This document shows positions 16,556 to 26,253 of a stretch of DNA of 36,601 bases, one piece after another; within the stretch, counting starts at the first letter, position 1, and the number at the start of each line of letters is the position of its first letter. The stretch is taken from UHGV virus genome UHGV-2204638; one strand, 5' to 3'. Below the pieces are notes generated by a model, which ran no database searches, had not been told where the DNA came from, and saw nothing but the letters and a program-made list of their open reading frames with translations. Made by a program: the position numbers and the translations under genes. The DNA is from a virus.

Positions 16556-17608
16556 ATGAAAAATACTGTAAAAATAAACAGTGTTGATTTAATCAACGCT
16601 GATTGCCTGCATTTTATTCAGTCCCTGCCTGATGATTCCATTGACCTGATTGTTACCGATCCGCCTTACTTCAAGGTGAAACCTAACGGTTGGGACAATC
16701 AGTGGAAAGGGGATGAAGATTACCTTAAGTGGCTGGACCACTGTCTGGCCCAGTTCTGGCGGGTGTTGAAACCTGCCGGAAGCCTTTACCTGTTCTGTGG
16801 GCATCGCCTAGCATCTGATATTGAGATCATGATGCGTGAACGTTTCAACGTGCTTAACCATATCATCTGGGCGAAGCCGTCCGGACGTTGGAATGGGTGT
16901 AATAAAGAAAGTCTGCGCGCATATTTTCCTGCCACAGAGCGCGTTCTGTTTGCTGAACATTACCAGGGGCCATATCGCGGCAAAAGTGACGGCTATGCGG
17001 CAAAAGAAAGGGAACTCAAACAGCACATAATGGCACCGCTGATATCGTATTTCAGGGATGCTCGTGCCGAACTGGGTATAACGGCAAAACAAATTGCCGA
17101 AGCCACAGGTAAGAAAAATATGGTTTCCCACTGGTTTGGTGCCAGTCAGTGGCAGTTGCCGAATGAGGCTGACTATCGGAAGTTACAGGCACTGTTTTCC
17201 CGTATAGCGGCAGAGAAGTTTCAGGAACAACAACTGGAACAACCACACCACCAGCTGGTGGCATCTTATGATTCACTGAATCGCAAATATTCTGAATTGC
17301 TGGATGAGTTTAAATCTCTCCGGCGCTATTTCTCCGTATCAGTCTCCGTGCCTTATACCGATGTCTGGACGCATAAGCCCGTTCAGTTCTACCCGGGTAA
17401 ACATCCGTGCGAGAAACCGACGGATATGCTCCGGCAAATAATCAATGCCAGTAGTCGACCTGGTGATCTGGTTGCTGATTTCTTTATGGGATCCGGTTCC
17501 ACAATAAAAGCAGCAATGGCGCTGGGGCGTCGGGCGTTAGGTGTTGAACTTGAGTCAGAGCGGTTTAATCAGACGGTGAAAGAGGTAAGTGAACTGGTGG
17601 GGAAATAA
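16556..17608 (+). CDS. DNA methyltransferase, N4/N6 class (orphan)
   Basis: IVTDPPY motif after an N-terminal segment; 350 aa; no adjacent nuclease. Confidence 0.8.
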   Translation: MKNTVKINSVDLINADCLHFIQSLPDDSIDLIVTDPPYFKVKPNGWDNQWKGDEDYLKWLDHCLAQFWRVLKPAGSLYLFCGHRLASDIEIMMRERFNVLNHIIWAKPSGRWNGCNKESLRAYFPATERVLFAEHYQGPYRGKSDGYAAKERELKQHIMAPLISYFRDARAELGITAKQIAEATGKKNMVSHWFGASQWQLPNEADYRKLQALFSRIAAEKFQEQQLEQPHHQLVASYDSLNRKYSELLDEFKSLRRYFSVSVSVPYTDVWTHKPVQFYPGKHPCEKPTDMLRQIINASSRPGDLVADFFMGSGSTIKAAMALGRRALGVELESERFNQTVKEVSELVGK

Positions 17609-17684
17609 TTCTGGTGGCCACGTTGCGTGGCCTTTTTATTTCCAACACAGCACCCGCAAATATCGCGAGGTGAGAGATGACGAA

Positions 17685-18020
17685 ATGCCTCATAACCCAA
17701 ATACCTGGCCGGACTGGCTGGAGTTGTTTCAGAGCTGGTGGCGTGGAGACACACCGCTGGGTGCAGTGATTATGTCGATCGTTATGGCTGGTTTGCGCAT
17801 CGCCTATTTTGGCGGTGGTGGTGGCTGGAAGCGAAAAACGCTCGAGATTTTGCTCTGTGGCGCTCTGACGCTGACCTTTGCATCCGCTCTTGAATATGTC
17901 GGATGGCCTAAATCGCTTTCTGTTGCCATTGGTGGTGGCGTGGGGCTGATCGGTGTCGATGCTATTCGTGGGGCTGCAATGCGAGTAATCGGTAACAAAT
18001 TTGGTAGCTCGAAGGAGTAA
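17685..18020 (+). CDS. Holin (lambda S-like class)
   Basis: 111 aa with hydrophobic segments and a charged C-terminus, directly upstream of the endolysin. ATG at 17685 with a GAGG RBS; the track ORF from 17589 overlaps the methyltransferase. Confidence 0.65.
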   Translation: MPHNPNTWPDWLELFQSWWRGDTPLGAVIMSIVMAGLRIAYFGGGGGWKRKTLEILLCGALTLTFASALEYVGWPKSLSVAIGGGVGLIGVDAIRGAAMRVIGNKFGSSKE

Positions 18021-18023
18021 TTT

Positions 18024-18500
18024 ATGCAGGCACTAAATTCCCAGCGTAAAGCTTTCCTGGATATGGTGGCATGGTCAGAAGGAACGGATAACGGGCGACA
18101 ACCGACACGTAACCACGGTTATGATGTTATTGTTGGTGGCGAACTGTTCACTGATTACTCCGATCACCCTCGCAAACTTGTCACGCTAAACCCCAAACTC
18201 AAATCAACAGCCGCCGGACGTTACCAGCTTCTTTCACGCTGGTGGGATGCTTACCGTAAACAGCTTGGCCTGAAAGATTTTTCTCCAGAAAGCCAGGACG
18301 CTGTAGCTCTGCAGCAGATTAAAGAGCGTGGTGCTTTACCGATGATTGACCGCGGCAGTATTCGTCAGGCAATCGACCGTTGCAGCAATATCTGGGCGTC
18401 GTTACCTGGTGCAGGTTACGGTCAGTATGAACATAAAATCGGTGACCTGATTGCCCGATTTAAAAAAGCTGGTGGGGTAGTAAATGAAGCTGAGATATAA
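18024..18500 (+). CDS. R: Endolysin, lambda R-type lytic transglycosylase
   Basis: Near-identical over most of its length to lambda R as recalled (QRKAFLDM.AWSEGTDNGRQ.TRNHGYDVIVGGELFTDYSDHPRKLVTLNPKLKST.AGRYQLLSRWWDAYRKQLGLKDFSP). Confidence 0.9.
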   Translation: MQALNSQRKAFLDMVAWSEGTDNGRQPTRNHGYDVIVGGELFTDYSDHPRKLVTLNPKLKSTAAGRYQLLSRWWDAYRKQLGLKDFSPESQDAVALQQIKERGALPMIDRGSIRQAIDRCSNIWASLPGAGYGQYEHKIGDLIARFKKAGGVVNEAEI

Positions 18501-18852
18501 GCTGGTTATTGTTGCCTTCGTTGTTACCGTCATTGGTTCCTTCATCTGGTCTGCCGGGCATTACTACAGCAAATATCAGCACGAAAAGGAGCGTGCTGAT
18601 GAGGCTGTACGAAATGCTGAATCAGCAACTGCCATTACCCGTAACGTTCTGCAATCACTGCAAATCGTCAATACAGTTCTGGAGGCTAACCAGCATGCAA
18701 AACAGCAGATCGCACTGGAGTCACAGAGATTCGAAGTATCGAGATGCGCCGTAACGCTTTGCTGGCAGCAGTCAAATAGTCCGGATAAAGAACAGGAATA
18801 TATTTATGCCCCCTCGAACTCCAAAAGCCTGCCGCGTTCGCGGCTGCCGTAA
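18484..18852 (+). CDS. Rz-like i-spanin, possibly altered at the 3' end
   Basis: N-terminal transmembrane segment then charged helix, in the position after the endolysin. No embedded lipoprotein o-spanin ORF was found in either alternate frame; the 3' end overlaps the HNH gene. Confidence 0.45.
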   Translation: MKLRYKLVIVAFVVTVIGSFIWSAGHYYSKYQHEKERADEAVRNAESATAITRNVLQSLQIVNTVLEANQHAKQQIALESQRFEVSRCAVTLCWQQSNSPDKEQEYIYAPSNSKSLPRSRLP

Positions 18853-19156
18853 TACCACGACAGACCCGTCAGGCTACTGCGAAAGCCACAAAAGCGAAGG
18901 CTGGAAGCAATACAAGCCAGGACAATCCCGTCATCAGCGCGGTTATGGTTCGAAGTGGGATGTTATCCGCGTGCGTGTGTTGAAGCGTGACAAAGGACTG
19001 TGCCAGTTGTGCCTGCGTGCCGGTGTGGTGCGTGAAGCGAAAACCGTTGATCACATCATCCCTAAAGCGCATGGCGGCTCTGATGCCGACAGTAATCTGC
19101 AGAGCCTGTGCTGGCCGTGTCATAAGGCGAAGACGGCCCGTGAACGGTTGAAGTGA
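18806..19156 (+). CDS. HNH endonuclease (terminase-associated)
   Basis: CxxC...DHIIPKAHGGSDADSNLQSLCWPCH matches the HNH motif; sits immediately upstream of the small terminase subunit as in HK97-like phages. Confidence 0.8.
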   Translation: MPPRTPKACRVRGCRNTTTDPSGYCESHKSEGWKQYKPGQSRHQRGYGSKWDVIRVRVLKRDKGLCQLCLRAGVVREAKTVDHIIPKAHGGSDADSNLQSLCWPCHKAKTARERLK

Positions 19157-19182
19157 TAATAATTCTCAACTGCCTGAGGGGA

Positions 19183-19242
19183 GGGGCGGGTCAAATCCCT
19201 GCGGCCTGACGTCTTCCGGACTGCCCGCCCCATCGTTTTTTT
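19183..19242 (+). other. GC-rich inverted repeat plus T-tract (terminator and/or cos-proximal element)
   Basis: GGGGCGGG (19183..19190) pairs with CCCGCCCC (19224..19231); a run of seven T at 19236..19242. Confidence 0.35.
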
Positions 19243-19281
19243 ATACCCGCGAAAAATGAAATTTAACCAGGAGTGCCGCAT

Positions 19282-19776
19282 ATGGCTGGAACGGCGGGGC
19301 GTTCCGGGCGTCGCCCCAAGCCAACGGCGCGCAAGGCGCTGGCCGGAAACCCCGGCAAGCGAGCCCTGAATAAAGATGAACCTGTTTTTACGCCCATCAA
19401 AGGTGTTGAGCCACCGGAGTGGTTCGCAGAAGAAAATCTCCCTCTCGCCACGATCATGTGGCAACTGACAACCAAAGAACTCTGCGGTCAGGGCCTGTTG
19501 TGCGTGACTGACCTCGCGGTGCTTGAGCGGTGGTGCGTGGCCTATGAGTTCTGGCGACGTGCCGTGAAAAATATTGCCATACAGGGCAACACCATCACCG
19601 GTGCAATGGGCGGCAGGGTCAAAAATCCGGAGCTGACCGCCAAAAAAGAACAGGAGTCCGAGATGAGCAGCACGGGGGCAATGCTCGGACTCGACCCCAG
19701 CAGCCGCCAGCGTCTGATTGGCCTGGCGGGGCAGAAGAAAGCCACTAACCCGTTTCTGAAAATCATCGAGTCATGA
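19282..19776 (+). CDS. Terminase small subunit (P27/HK97 gp1-like)
   Basis: Position and size; AGGAG RBS 9 nt before the ATG at 19282. Confidence 0.7.
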   Translation: MAGTAGRSGRRPKPTARKALAGNPGKRALNKDEPVFTPIKGVEPPEWFAEENLPLATIMWQLTTKELCGQGLLCVTDLAVLERWCVAYEFWRRAVKNIAIQGNTITGAMGGRVKNPELTAKKEQESEMSSTGAMLGLDPSSRQRLIGLAGQKKATNPFLKIIES

Positions 19777-21506
19777 GCCGGAAATCTTACCCCAACGTAA
19801 ATGCTGCCAATCAGTATGCCCGTGATGTTGTGCGCGGAAAGATTGTGGCCTGCCAGTTTGTGATTCAGGCCTGCCAGCGCCATCTTGATGACCTGATGGC
19901 GGAAAAAAGTAAGTCGTTTCGTTACCGCTTCGACAAGGACCTGGCTGAACGGGCCGCCAAATTTATTCAGCTGTTGCCGCATACCAAGGGTGAGTGGGCA
20001 TTCAAACGGATGCCCATCACGCTGGAGCCGTGGCAGCTCTTTGTGATCTGCTGTGCGTTTGGCTGGGTCAATAAAGGTACCCGGCTGCGCCGCTTCCGGG
20101 AGGTGTATACCGAAATCCCCCGTAAGAACGGCAAATCGGCAATCTCTGCCGGTGTCGCCCTGTATTGTTTTGCCTGTGATAACGAGTTTGGCGCGGAAGT
20201 GTATTCCGGTGCCACGACAGAGAAACAGGCGTGGGAAGTCTTTCGCCCGGCGCGACTGATGTGTAAACGCACACCCATGCTGACGGAAGCGTTCGGGATT
20301 GAGGTTAACGCCTCAAACATGAACCGTCCGGAGGATGGTGCGCGGTTTGAACCGCTGATCGGTAACCCCGGTGATGGTTCATCACCCCACTGTGCCGTGG
20401 TGGATGAATATCACGAGCACGCCACAGATGCGCTTTACACCACGATGCTTACCGGGATGGGGGCGCGACGTCAGCCACTGATGTGGGCTATCACTACCGC
20501 CGGGTACAACATTGAGGGGCCGTGCTACGACAAACGGCGGGAAGTCATCGAGATGCTCAACGGCTCGGTGCCTAACGATGAACTGTTCGGGATCATCTAT
20601 ACCGTTGACGAAGGCGACGACTGGACCGACCCGCAGGTACTTGAAAAAGCTAACCCGAATATCGGTGTGTCGGTTTATCGCGAGTTTTTGTTAAGCCAGC
20701 AGCAACGTGCGAAAAATAACGCCCGTCTGGCAAACGTCTTTAAAACAAAACACCTCAATATCTGGGTGTCGGCGCGTTCGGCGTATTTCAACCTGGTGAG
20801 CTGGCAGAGCTGCGAGGATAAATCACTGACTCTTGAGCTGTTCGAGGGGCAGCCGTGCATTCTGGCCTTTGACCTGGCGCGTAAGCTGGATATGAACAGC
20901 ATGGCGCGACTTTATACCCGCGAGATTGACGGTAAAACGCATTACTACAGTGTGGCCCCGCGTTTCTGGGTACCGTATGACACGGTGTATAGCGTCGAGA
21001 AAAATGAAGATCGCCGGACAGCCGAACGCTTTCAGAAATGGGTGGAAATGGGCGTCCTGACCGTTACCGATGGTGCAGAGGTGGATTATCGCTACATCCT
21101 CGAAGAGGCCAAAGCGGCGAACAAAATCAGCCCGGTCAGCGAGTCACCCATCGACCCTTTCGGGGCGACCGGGTTGTCACATGACCTTGCTGATGAAGAC
21201 CTGAACCCCGTCACCATCATTCAGAACTACACCAACATGTCCGACCCGATGAAAGAGCTGGAAGCGGCAATTGAATCGGGGCGCTTTCATCATGATGGCA
21301 ATCCCATCATGACCTGGTGTATCGGCAACGTGGTCGGCAAAACCATTCCGGGTAACGATGATGTGGTGAAGCCCGTCAAAGAGCAGGCGGAAAACAAAAT
21401 CGATGGTGCAGTTGCGCTGATTATGGCGGTTGGCAGAGCCATGCTGTACGAGAAAGAAGACACGCTGTCTGACCACATTGAGTCCTATGGGATCCGCTCG
21501 CTTTAA
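19773..21506 (+). CDS. Terminase large subunit
   Basis: 577 aa; ATPase and nuclease arrangement of HK97-type large terminases; start overlaps the small-subunit stop. Confidence 0.9.
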
Positions 21507-21517
21507 CTGAGGTAATT

Positions 21518-21700
21518 ATGATCATGCTGATTCTCGCGCCTCTGGTGGGCGTGCTGGGGGCGCTTTTGCTGGCGTATGGTGCCTGGCTGATTTATCCCCC
21601 GGCGGGGTTTGTTGTTGCCGGGGCGTTGTGTCTGTTCTGGTCGTGGCTGGTGGCGCGATATCTCGACCGTACACAGTCGTCTGTCGGCGGAGGTAAATAG
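21518..21700 (+). CDS. Small hydrophobic protein
   Basis: 60-aa ORF with two predicted transmembrane segments between terminase and portal. Confidence 0.3.
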
Positions 21701-22941
21701 TGTTCTTTTCGGGATTATTTCAACGAAAAAGTGACGCACCGGTGACCACGCCAGCAGAGCTGGCGGATGCTATCGGGTTGTCCTACGACACCTATACCGG
21801 AAAGCAGATCAGCAGCCAGCGGGCCATGCGACTGACGGCGGTTTTTTCCTGTGTCAGGGTGCTGGCGGAGTCGGTCGGGATGTTGCCCTGCAACCTGTAT
21901 CACCTGAACGGCAGCCTGAAGCAGAGAGCCACTGACGAACGTCTGCATAAGCTGATCTCCACGCATCCCAATGGCTATATGACGCCGCAGGAGTTCTGGG
22001 AGCTGGTGGTCACCTGTCTGTGCCTGCGGGGAAACTTTTACGCCTACAAAGTGAAAGCATTTGGCGAAGTGGCTGAACTGCTGCCCGTCGATCCCGGCTG
22101 TGTGGTACCGAAGCTTAACAGTAGCTGGGAACCGGTCTATCAGGTCACATTCCCGGATGGCTCCACGGATGTACTGAGCCAGGAGGATATCTGGCATGTG
22201 CGTACGCTGACGCTGGACGGACTGGTGGGGCTGAATCCCATCGCCTATGCCCGCGAGGCAATATCGCTGGCGGCAGCGACCGAAGAGCACGGGGCCAGAC
22301 TGTTCAGCAATGGTGCGGTGACGTCGGGTGTGTTGCGTACAGAGCAGACGCTGTCAGATCAGGCTTACGAGCGCCTGAAGAAAGATTTTGAGGAGCGTCA
22401 CACCGGGCTTGGCAATGCTCACCGCCCGATGATCCTTGAGATGGGGCTGGACTGGAAGTCGATGGCGCTGAACGCCGAGGACAGCCAGTTCCTGGAAACC
22501 CGCAAGTTTCAGCTTGAAGAAATCTGTCGTCTGTTCCGGGTGCCGTTGCACATGGTGCAGAACACCGATCGTGCCACCTTCAACAATATCGAAGAGCTGG
22601 GGCTGGGATTTATCAACTATTCACTGGTGCCGTATCTGACCCGCATCGAACAGCGGATCAACACCGGACTGGTACGAAAAAGTAAGCAGGGCGTTTATTA
22701 CGCCAAATTTAACGCCGGGGCGTTACTGCGCGGGGATATGAAGTCCCGTTTTGAAGCCTACGCCACCGGGATCAACTGGGGAATTTACTCTCCCAATGAC
22801 TGCCGCGACCTGGAAGATATGAATCCGCGTCCCGGTGGTGATGTCTATCTCACACCGATGAACATGACCACGAAACCCTCCGATGGCAGTAAAGCCGGTA
22901 AGCAGAAGGATAACGCCAATGCAGACGAAACAACGTCTTGA
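21700..22941 (+). CDS. Portal protein (HK97 family)
   Basis: 413 aa, in the terminase-portal-protease-capsid order. Confidence 0.85.
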   Translation: MFFSGLFQRKSDAPVTTPAELADAIGLSYDTYTGKQISSQRAMRLTAVFSCVRVLAESVGMLPCNLYHLNGSLKQRATDERLHKLISTHPNGYMTPQEFWELVVTCLCLRGNFYAYKVKAFGEVAELLPVDPGCVVPKLNSSWEPVYQVTFPDGSTDVLSQEDIWHVRTLTLDGLVGLNPIAYAREAISLAAATEEHGARLFSNGAVTSGVLRTEQTLSDQAYERLKKDFEERHTGLGNAHRPMILEMGLDWKSMALNAEDSQFLETRKFQLEEICRLFRVPLHMVQNTDRATFNNIEELGLGFINYSLVPYLTRIEQRINTGLVRKSKQGVYYAKFNAGALLRGDMKSRFEAYATGINWGIYSPNDCRDLEDMNPRPGGDVYLTPMNMTTKPSDGSKAGKQKDNANADETTS

Positions 22942-23569
22942 TGTACCGCTGAGTCTGAAATCTGTCAGTGACTCCGGTGAGTTTGAAGGGTATGGCTCCG
23001 TCTTTGGTGTAAAGGACAGCCACGATGATGTGGTGATGTCCGGGGCATTTGCTGCTTCCCTGCGGGCGTGGAGTGACAGAAAAGCGTTACCTGCGCTGCT
23101 CTGGCAGCACCGCATGGATGAACCCATCGGTGTTTACACCGAAATGAAGGAAGACGATGTCGGGCTTTACGTCAGGGGACGGTTGCTTATTGATGATGAT
23201 CCCCTCGCAAAACGCGCACATGCACACATGAAGGCCGGTTCGTTAACCGGCCTTTCTATTGGGTACGTCCTGAAAGACTGGGAATACGACCGGAGCAAAG
23301 AAGCCTTTCTGCTGAAAGAAATCGACCTCTGGGAAGTCAGCCTGGTGACGTTCCCGTCTAACGACGAGGCGCGGATCAGCGACGTCAAGAACGCACTGGC
23401 CCGCGGGGAAATCCCCGAACAGAAAAAAATCGAAAGAGTCCTGCGTGATGTCGGACTCTCCCGTACCCAGGCCAAAGCATTCATGGCCGGGGGCTATGGC
23501 GCACTGTCCCTGCGCGACGCTGAGGATGTGGGCTCTGCACTGAATGCACTGAAAAATCTGAACTTCTAA
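22919..23569 (+). CDS. Prohead protease (HK97 family)
   Basis: Position between portal and capsid; ATG at 22919; the track ORF from 22883 overlaps the portal more. Confidence 0.8.
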   Translation: MQTKQRLDVPLSLKSVSDSGEFEGYGSVFGVKDSHDDVVMSGAFAASLRAWSDRKALPALLWQHRMDEPIGVYTEMKEDDVGLYVRGRLLIDDDPLAKRAHAHMKAGSLTGLSIGYVLKDWEYDRSKEAFLLKEIDLWEVSLVTFPSNDEARISDVKNALARGEIPEQKKIERVLRDVGLSRTQAKAFMAGGYGALSLRDAEDVGSALNALKNLNF

Positions 23570-23583
23570 TCAGGAGAAATACG

Positions 23584-24789
23584 ATGGCGGTTGATATTAA
23601 AGATGTCGAACAGGTCGCGCAGGAGCTGCAGCAGAAGTTTGACGACTTCAAAGCAAAGAACGACAAGCGCGTGGATGCGATTGAGCAGGAAAAAGGCAAA
23701 CTTGCCGGGCAGGTGGAAACCCTGAACGGGAAACTCAGCGAGCTGGAAAACCTCAAAAGCGATCTTGAAAAAGAGCTGCTTGAGCTGAAACGTCCGGCAG
23801 GGGGTGCGCAAAATAAACTGGCCACCGAGCATAAAGAAGCGTTTGTGGGCTTCCTGCGTAAAGGCCGTGAAGATGGTCTGCGCGATCTGGAGCGCAAGGC
23901 ATTACAGGTGGGCACCGATGAAGACGGCGGCTATGCCGTGCCGGAAGCACTGGATCGCAACATTCTCACCCTGCTGAAAGATGAAGTGGTGATGCGCCAG
24001 GAAGCCACGGTGATCACCGTTGGCGGTTCCGACTACAAAAAACTGGTGAATCTGGGCGGCACGGCTTCCGGATGGGTGGGGGAAACGGATACGCGATCCC
24101 AGACTGCCACCTCCAGACTGGAGCTGATTGAACCTCTCATGGGGGAAATCTACGGCAACCCGCAGGCCACCCAGAAAATGCTGGACGATGCCTTCTTCAA
24201 CGTGGAGGCCTGGATCAACAGCGAGCTGGCAACCGAATTTGCCGAACAGGAAGAAATTGCCTTTACCTCAGGCGATGGCACCAAGAAGCCGAAAGGGTTC
24301 CTGGCGTATGAATCCACTGATGAAACCGATAAGGTCCGGGCGTTAGGAAAACTTCAGCATATTGTATCCGGCGAAGCGACGGCGGTGACCGCAGACGCCA
24401 TTATCAAACTGATTTACACGCTGCGTAAGGCACACCGCACTGGCGCGAAGTTCATGATGAACAACAACAGCCTGTTTGCCATCCGTCTGCTGAAAGACAG
24501 CGAGGGTAACTATCTGTGGCGTCCGGGGCTGGAGCTGGGGCAGCCGTCCTCTCTGGCGGGTTACGGTATCGCTGAAAACGAACAGATGCCGGATATCGCC
24601 GCTGATGCGAAAGCCATTGCATTTGGTAACTTCAAACGGGGTTACACCATCGTTGACCGTATCGGCACCCGCATTCTGCGTGACCCGTACACCAATAAAC
24701 CGTTTGTCGGTTTTTATACCACCAAGCGCACCGGCGGGATGCTGGTCGATTCGCAGGCCATCAAACTGCTGAAGATTGCAGCGGCGTAA
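23584..24789 (+). CDS. Major capsid protein (HK97 fold)
   Basis: 401 aa with N-terminal coiled-coil delta-like region, following the protease. Confidence 0.85.
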   Translation: MAVDIKDVEQVAQELQQKFDDFKAKNDKRVDAIEQEKGKLAGQVETLNGKLSELENLKSDLEKELLELKRPAGGAQNKLATEHKEAFVGFLRKGREDGLRDLERKALQVGTDEDGGYAVPEALDRNILTLLKDEVVMRQEATVITVGGSDYKKLVNLGGTASGWVGETDTRSQTATSRLELIEPLMGEIYGNPQATQKMLDDAFFNVEAWINSELATEFAEQEEIAFTSGDGTKKPKGFLAYESTDETDKVRALGKLQHIVSGEATAVTADAIIKLIYTLRKAHRTGAKFMMNNNSLFAIRLLKDSEGNYLWRPGLELGQPSSLAGYGIAENEQMPDIAADAKAIAFGNFKRGYTIVDRIGTRILRDPYTNKPFVGFYTTKRTGGMLVDSQAIKLLKIAAA

Positions 24790-24838
24790 TCACTCAGGGG
24801 CGCGGAACCGCGCCCCCTGTTCTGACGGGTGAAGAATC

Positions 24839-25039
24839 ATGATCCTGAAACAAGATCTGAAATGGTCACCGGACGGTATGCGTGTTGAGGTCATTCGGGC
24901 CGGTGAGTATGACGACGGGGCGCTTCCTGCCCGGGTGCAGGAGATTGCACTTCAGGCCGGGTTAGCAGAGCGCGGAACCAGTGCAAAAAGCAGTAAAGCG
25001 ACAAAAGAGAAAAAAGCCACGACCAGTAAAGAGGGCTGA
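24839..25039 (+). CDS. Small hypothetical head-region protein
   Basis: 66-aa ORF after the capsid gene. Confidence 0.3.
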   Translation: MILKQDLKWSPDGMRVEVIRAGEYDDGALPARVQEIALQAGLAERGTSAKSSKATKEKKATTSKEG

Positions 25040-25041
25040 GT

Positions 25042-25365
25042 ATGCTTCTGACAATGGAAGAGATTAAAGCCCAACTTCGGCTGGATGAGGATTTCGATGC
25101 TGATGACCGCCATCTGCAACTGCTGGCCTGTGCGGCACAAAAGCGGACGGAAACGTATCTGAACCGGAAGCTCTATGCACCGGATGAAACCATTCCGGAC
25201 AGCGATCCGGACGGGCTGCACCTGCCGGATGATATTCGTCTGGGGATGCTGATGCTTATCAGCCATTTTTACGAAAACCGCTCGTCGGTTACGGAAGTGG
25301 AGAAACTCGACATGCCGCAGAGTTTTGGCTGGCTTGTCGGCCCGTACAGGTACTTTCCGCAATGA
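25042..25365 (+). CDS. Head-tail connector (gp6-like)
   Basis: 107 aa; position and pattern. Confidence 0.6.
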   Translation: MLLTMEEIKAQLRLDEDFDADDRHLQLLACAAQKRTETYLNRKLYAPDETIPDSDPDGLHLPDDIRLGMLMLISHFYENRSSVTEVEKLDMPQSFGWLVGPYRYFPQ

Positions 25366-25772
25366 AAATTCGTCAGGCGCAGACCAGCGCAACCTACATT
25401 CTGCCGGACCCCGGTGAACTGAATAAACGCGTCCTGATCCGCCAGCGGGTGGATATGCCCGCGGATAACTTTGGCGTGGAGCCTCAATACCCGGTTACGT
25501 TCCGGACATGGGCGAAGGTTATCCAGACCAGTGCCACCACCTGGCAGGAAACCGCGCAGACCGGGGACGCCATCACCCATTACATCACCATTCGTTACCG
25601 CCGGGGGATCACCGCTGATTATGAGGTGGTCTGCGGTGACAGTGTGTACCGGGTGAAACGTCAGCGCGATCTGAACGGGGCGCGGCGCTTTCTGCTGCTG
25701 GAGTGTACGGAACTGGGCGAATTTACGCAGAGTCACGGAGGCAGCAATGGCGACTCCCTTTTTTCACGTTGA
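25362..25772 (+). CDS. Head closure / head-tail adaptor
   Basis: 136 aa; position. Confidence 0.55.
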   Translation: MKIRQAQTSATYILPDPGELNKRVLIRQRVDMPADNFGVEPQYPVTFRTWAKVIQTSATTWQETAQTGDAITHYITIRYRRGITADYEVVCGDSVYRVKRQRDLNGARRFLLLECTELGEFTQSHGGSNGDSLFSR

Positions 25773-26253
25773 TGTTCAGCAGCCCGCGGAGATGCGCTTT
25801 AACCGCGCCCGTGTCCGGCGGGCGTTTGTCACGATTGGGCAGCGTCATATGCGTGATGCCCGTCGGCTGGTGATGCGCCGTGCGCGGTCGGCACCGGGTG
25901 AAAACCCCGGTTATCAGACCGGACGCCTGGCTCGTTCGATTGGTTACATGGTGCCGAGAGCCAGTAAAAAGCGAGCCGGTTTTATGACACGCATTGCCCC
26001 TAACCAGCGCAACGGGAAGGGGAACCGGATGATCTCTGGTGACTTCTATCCGGCGTTTCTGTTTTTTGGTGTCCGGGGAGGAGCAAAACGTCGTCGTAGT
26101 CATCATCGTGGTGCATCCGGTGGCAGCGGCTGGCGGCTGGCTCCACGTAATAACTTTATGGTGGAAACTCTTGAAAAGAACCGCAGCTGGACACGCTATT
26201 TTCTGGCGCGGGAATTACGTAAATCACTGAAGCCGGAGCGACGACGCAGATGA
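25747..26253 (+). CDS. HK97 gp10-like neck protein
   Basis: 168 aa, basic; position. Confidence 0.5.
   Translation: MATPFFHVDVQQPAEMRFNRARVRRAFVTIGQRHMRDARRLVMRRARSAPGENPGYQTGRLARSIGYMVPRASKKRAGFMTRIAPNQRNGKGNRMISGDFYPAFLFFGVRGGAKRRRSHHRGASGGSGWRLAPRNNFMVETLEKNRSWTRYFLARELRKSLKPERRRR

Noticed and set aside
17589-17684. Upstream extension of the holin ORF, starting at 17589
   Set aside because: It would overlap the methyltransferase 3' end and add a non-hydrophobic 32-aa leader; the ATG at 17685 has a GAGG RBS and gives a typical ~110-aa holin.
23481-23915. Long antisense ORFs on the opposite strand of the structural genes (for example 23481..23915, 21715..22290, 31890..32387, 26196..26786)
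   Set aside because: They lie wholly inside well-supported genes, lack RBSs and have biased Ser/Arg/Pro-rich composition typical of reverse-frame artefacts in GC-rich coding DNA.
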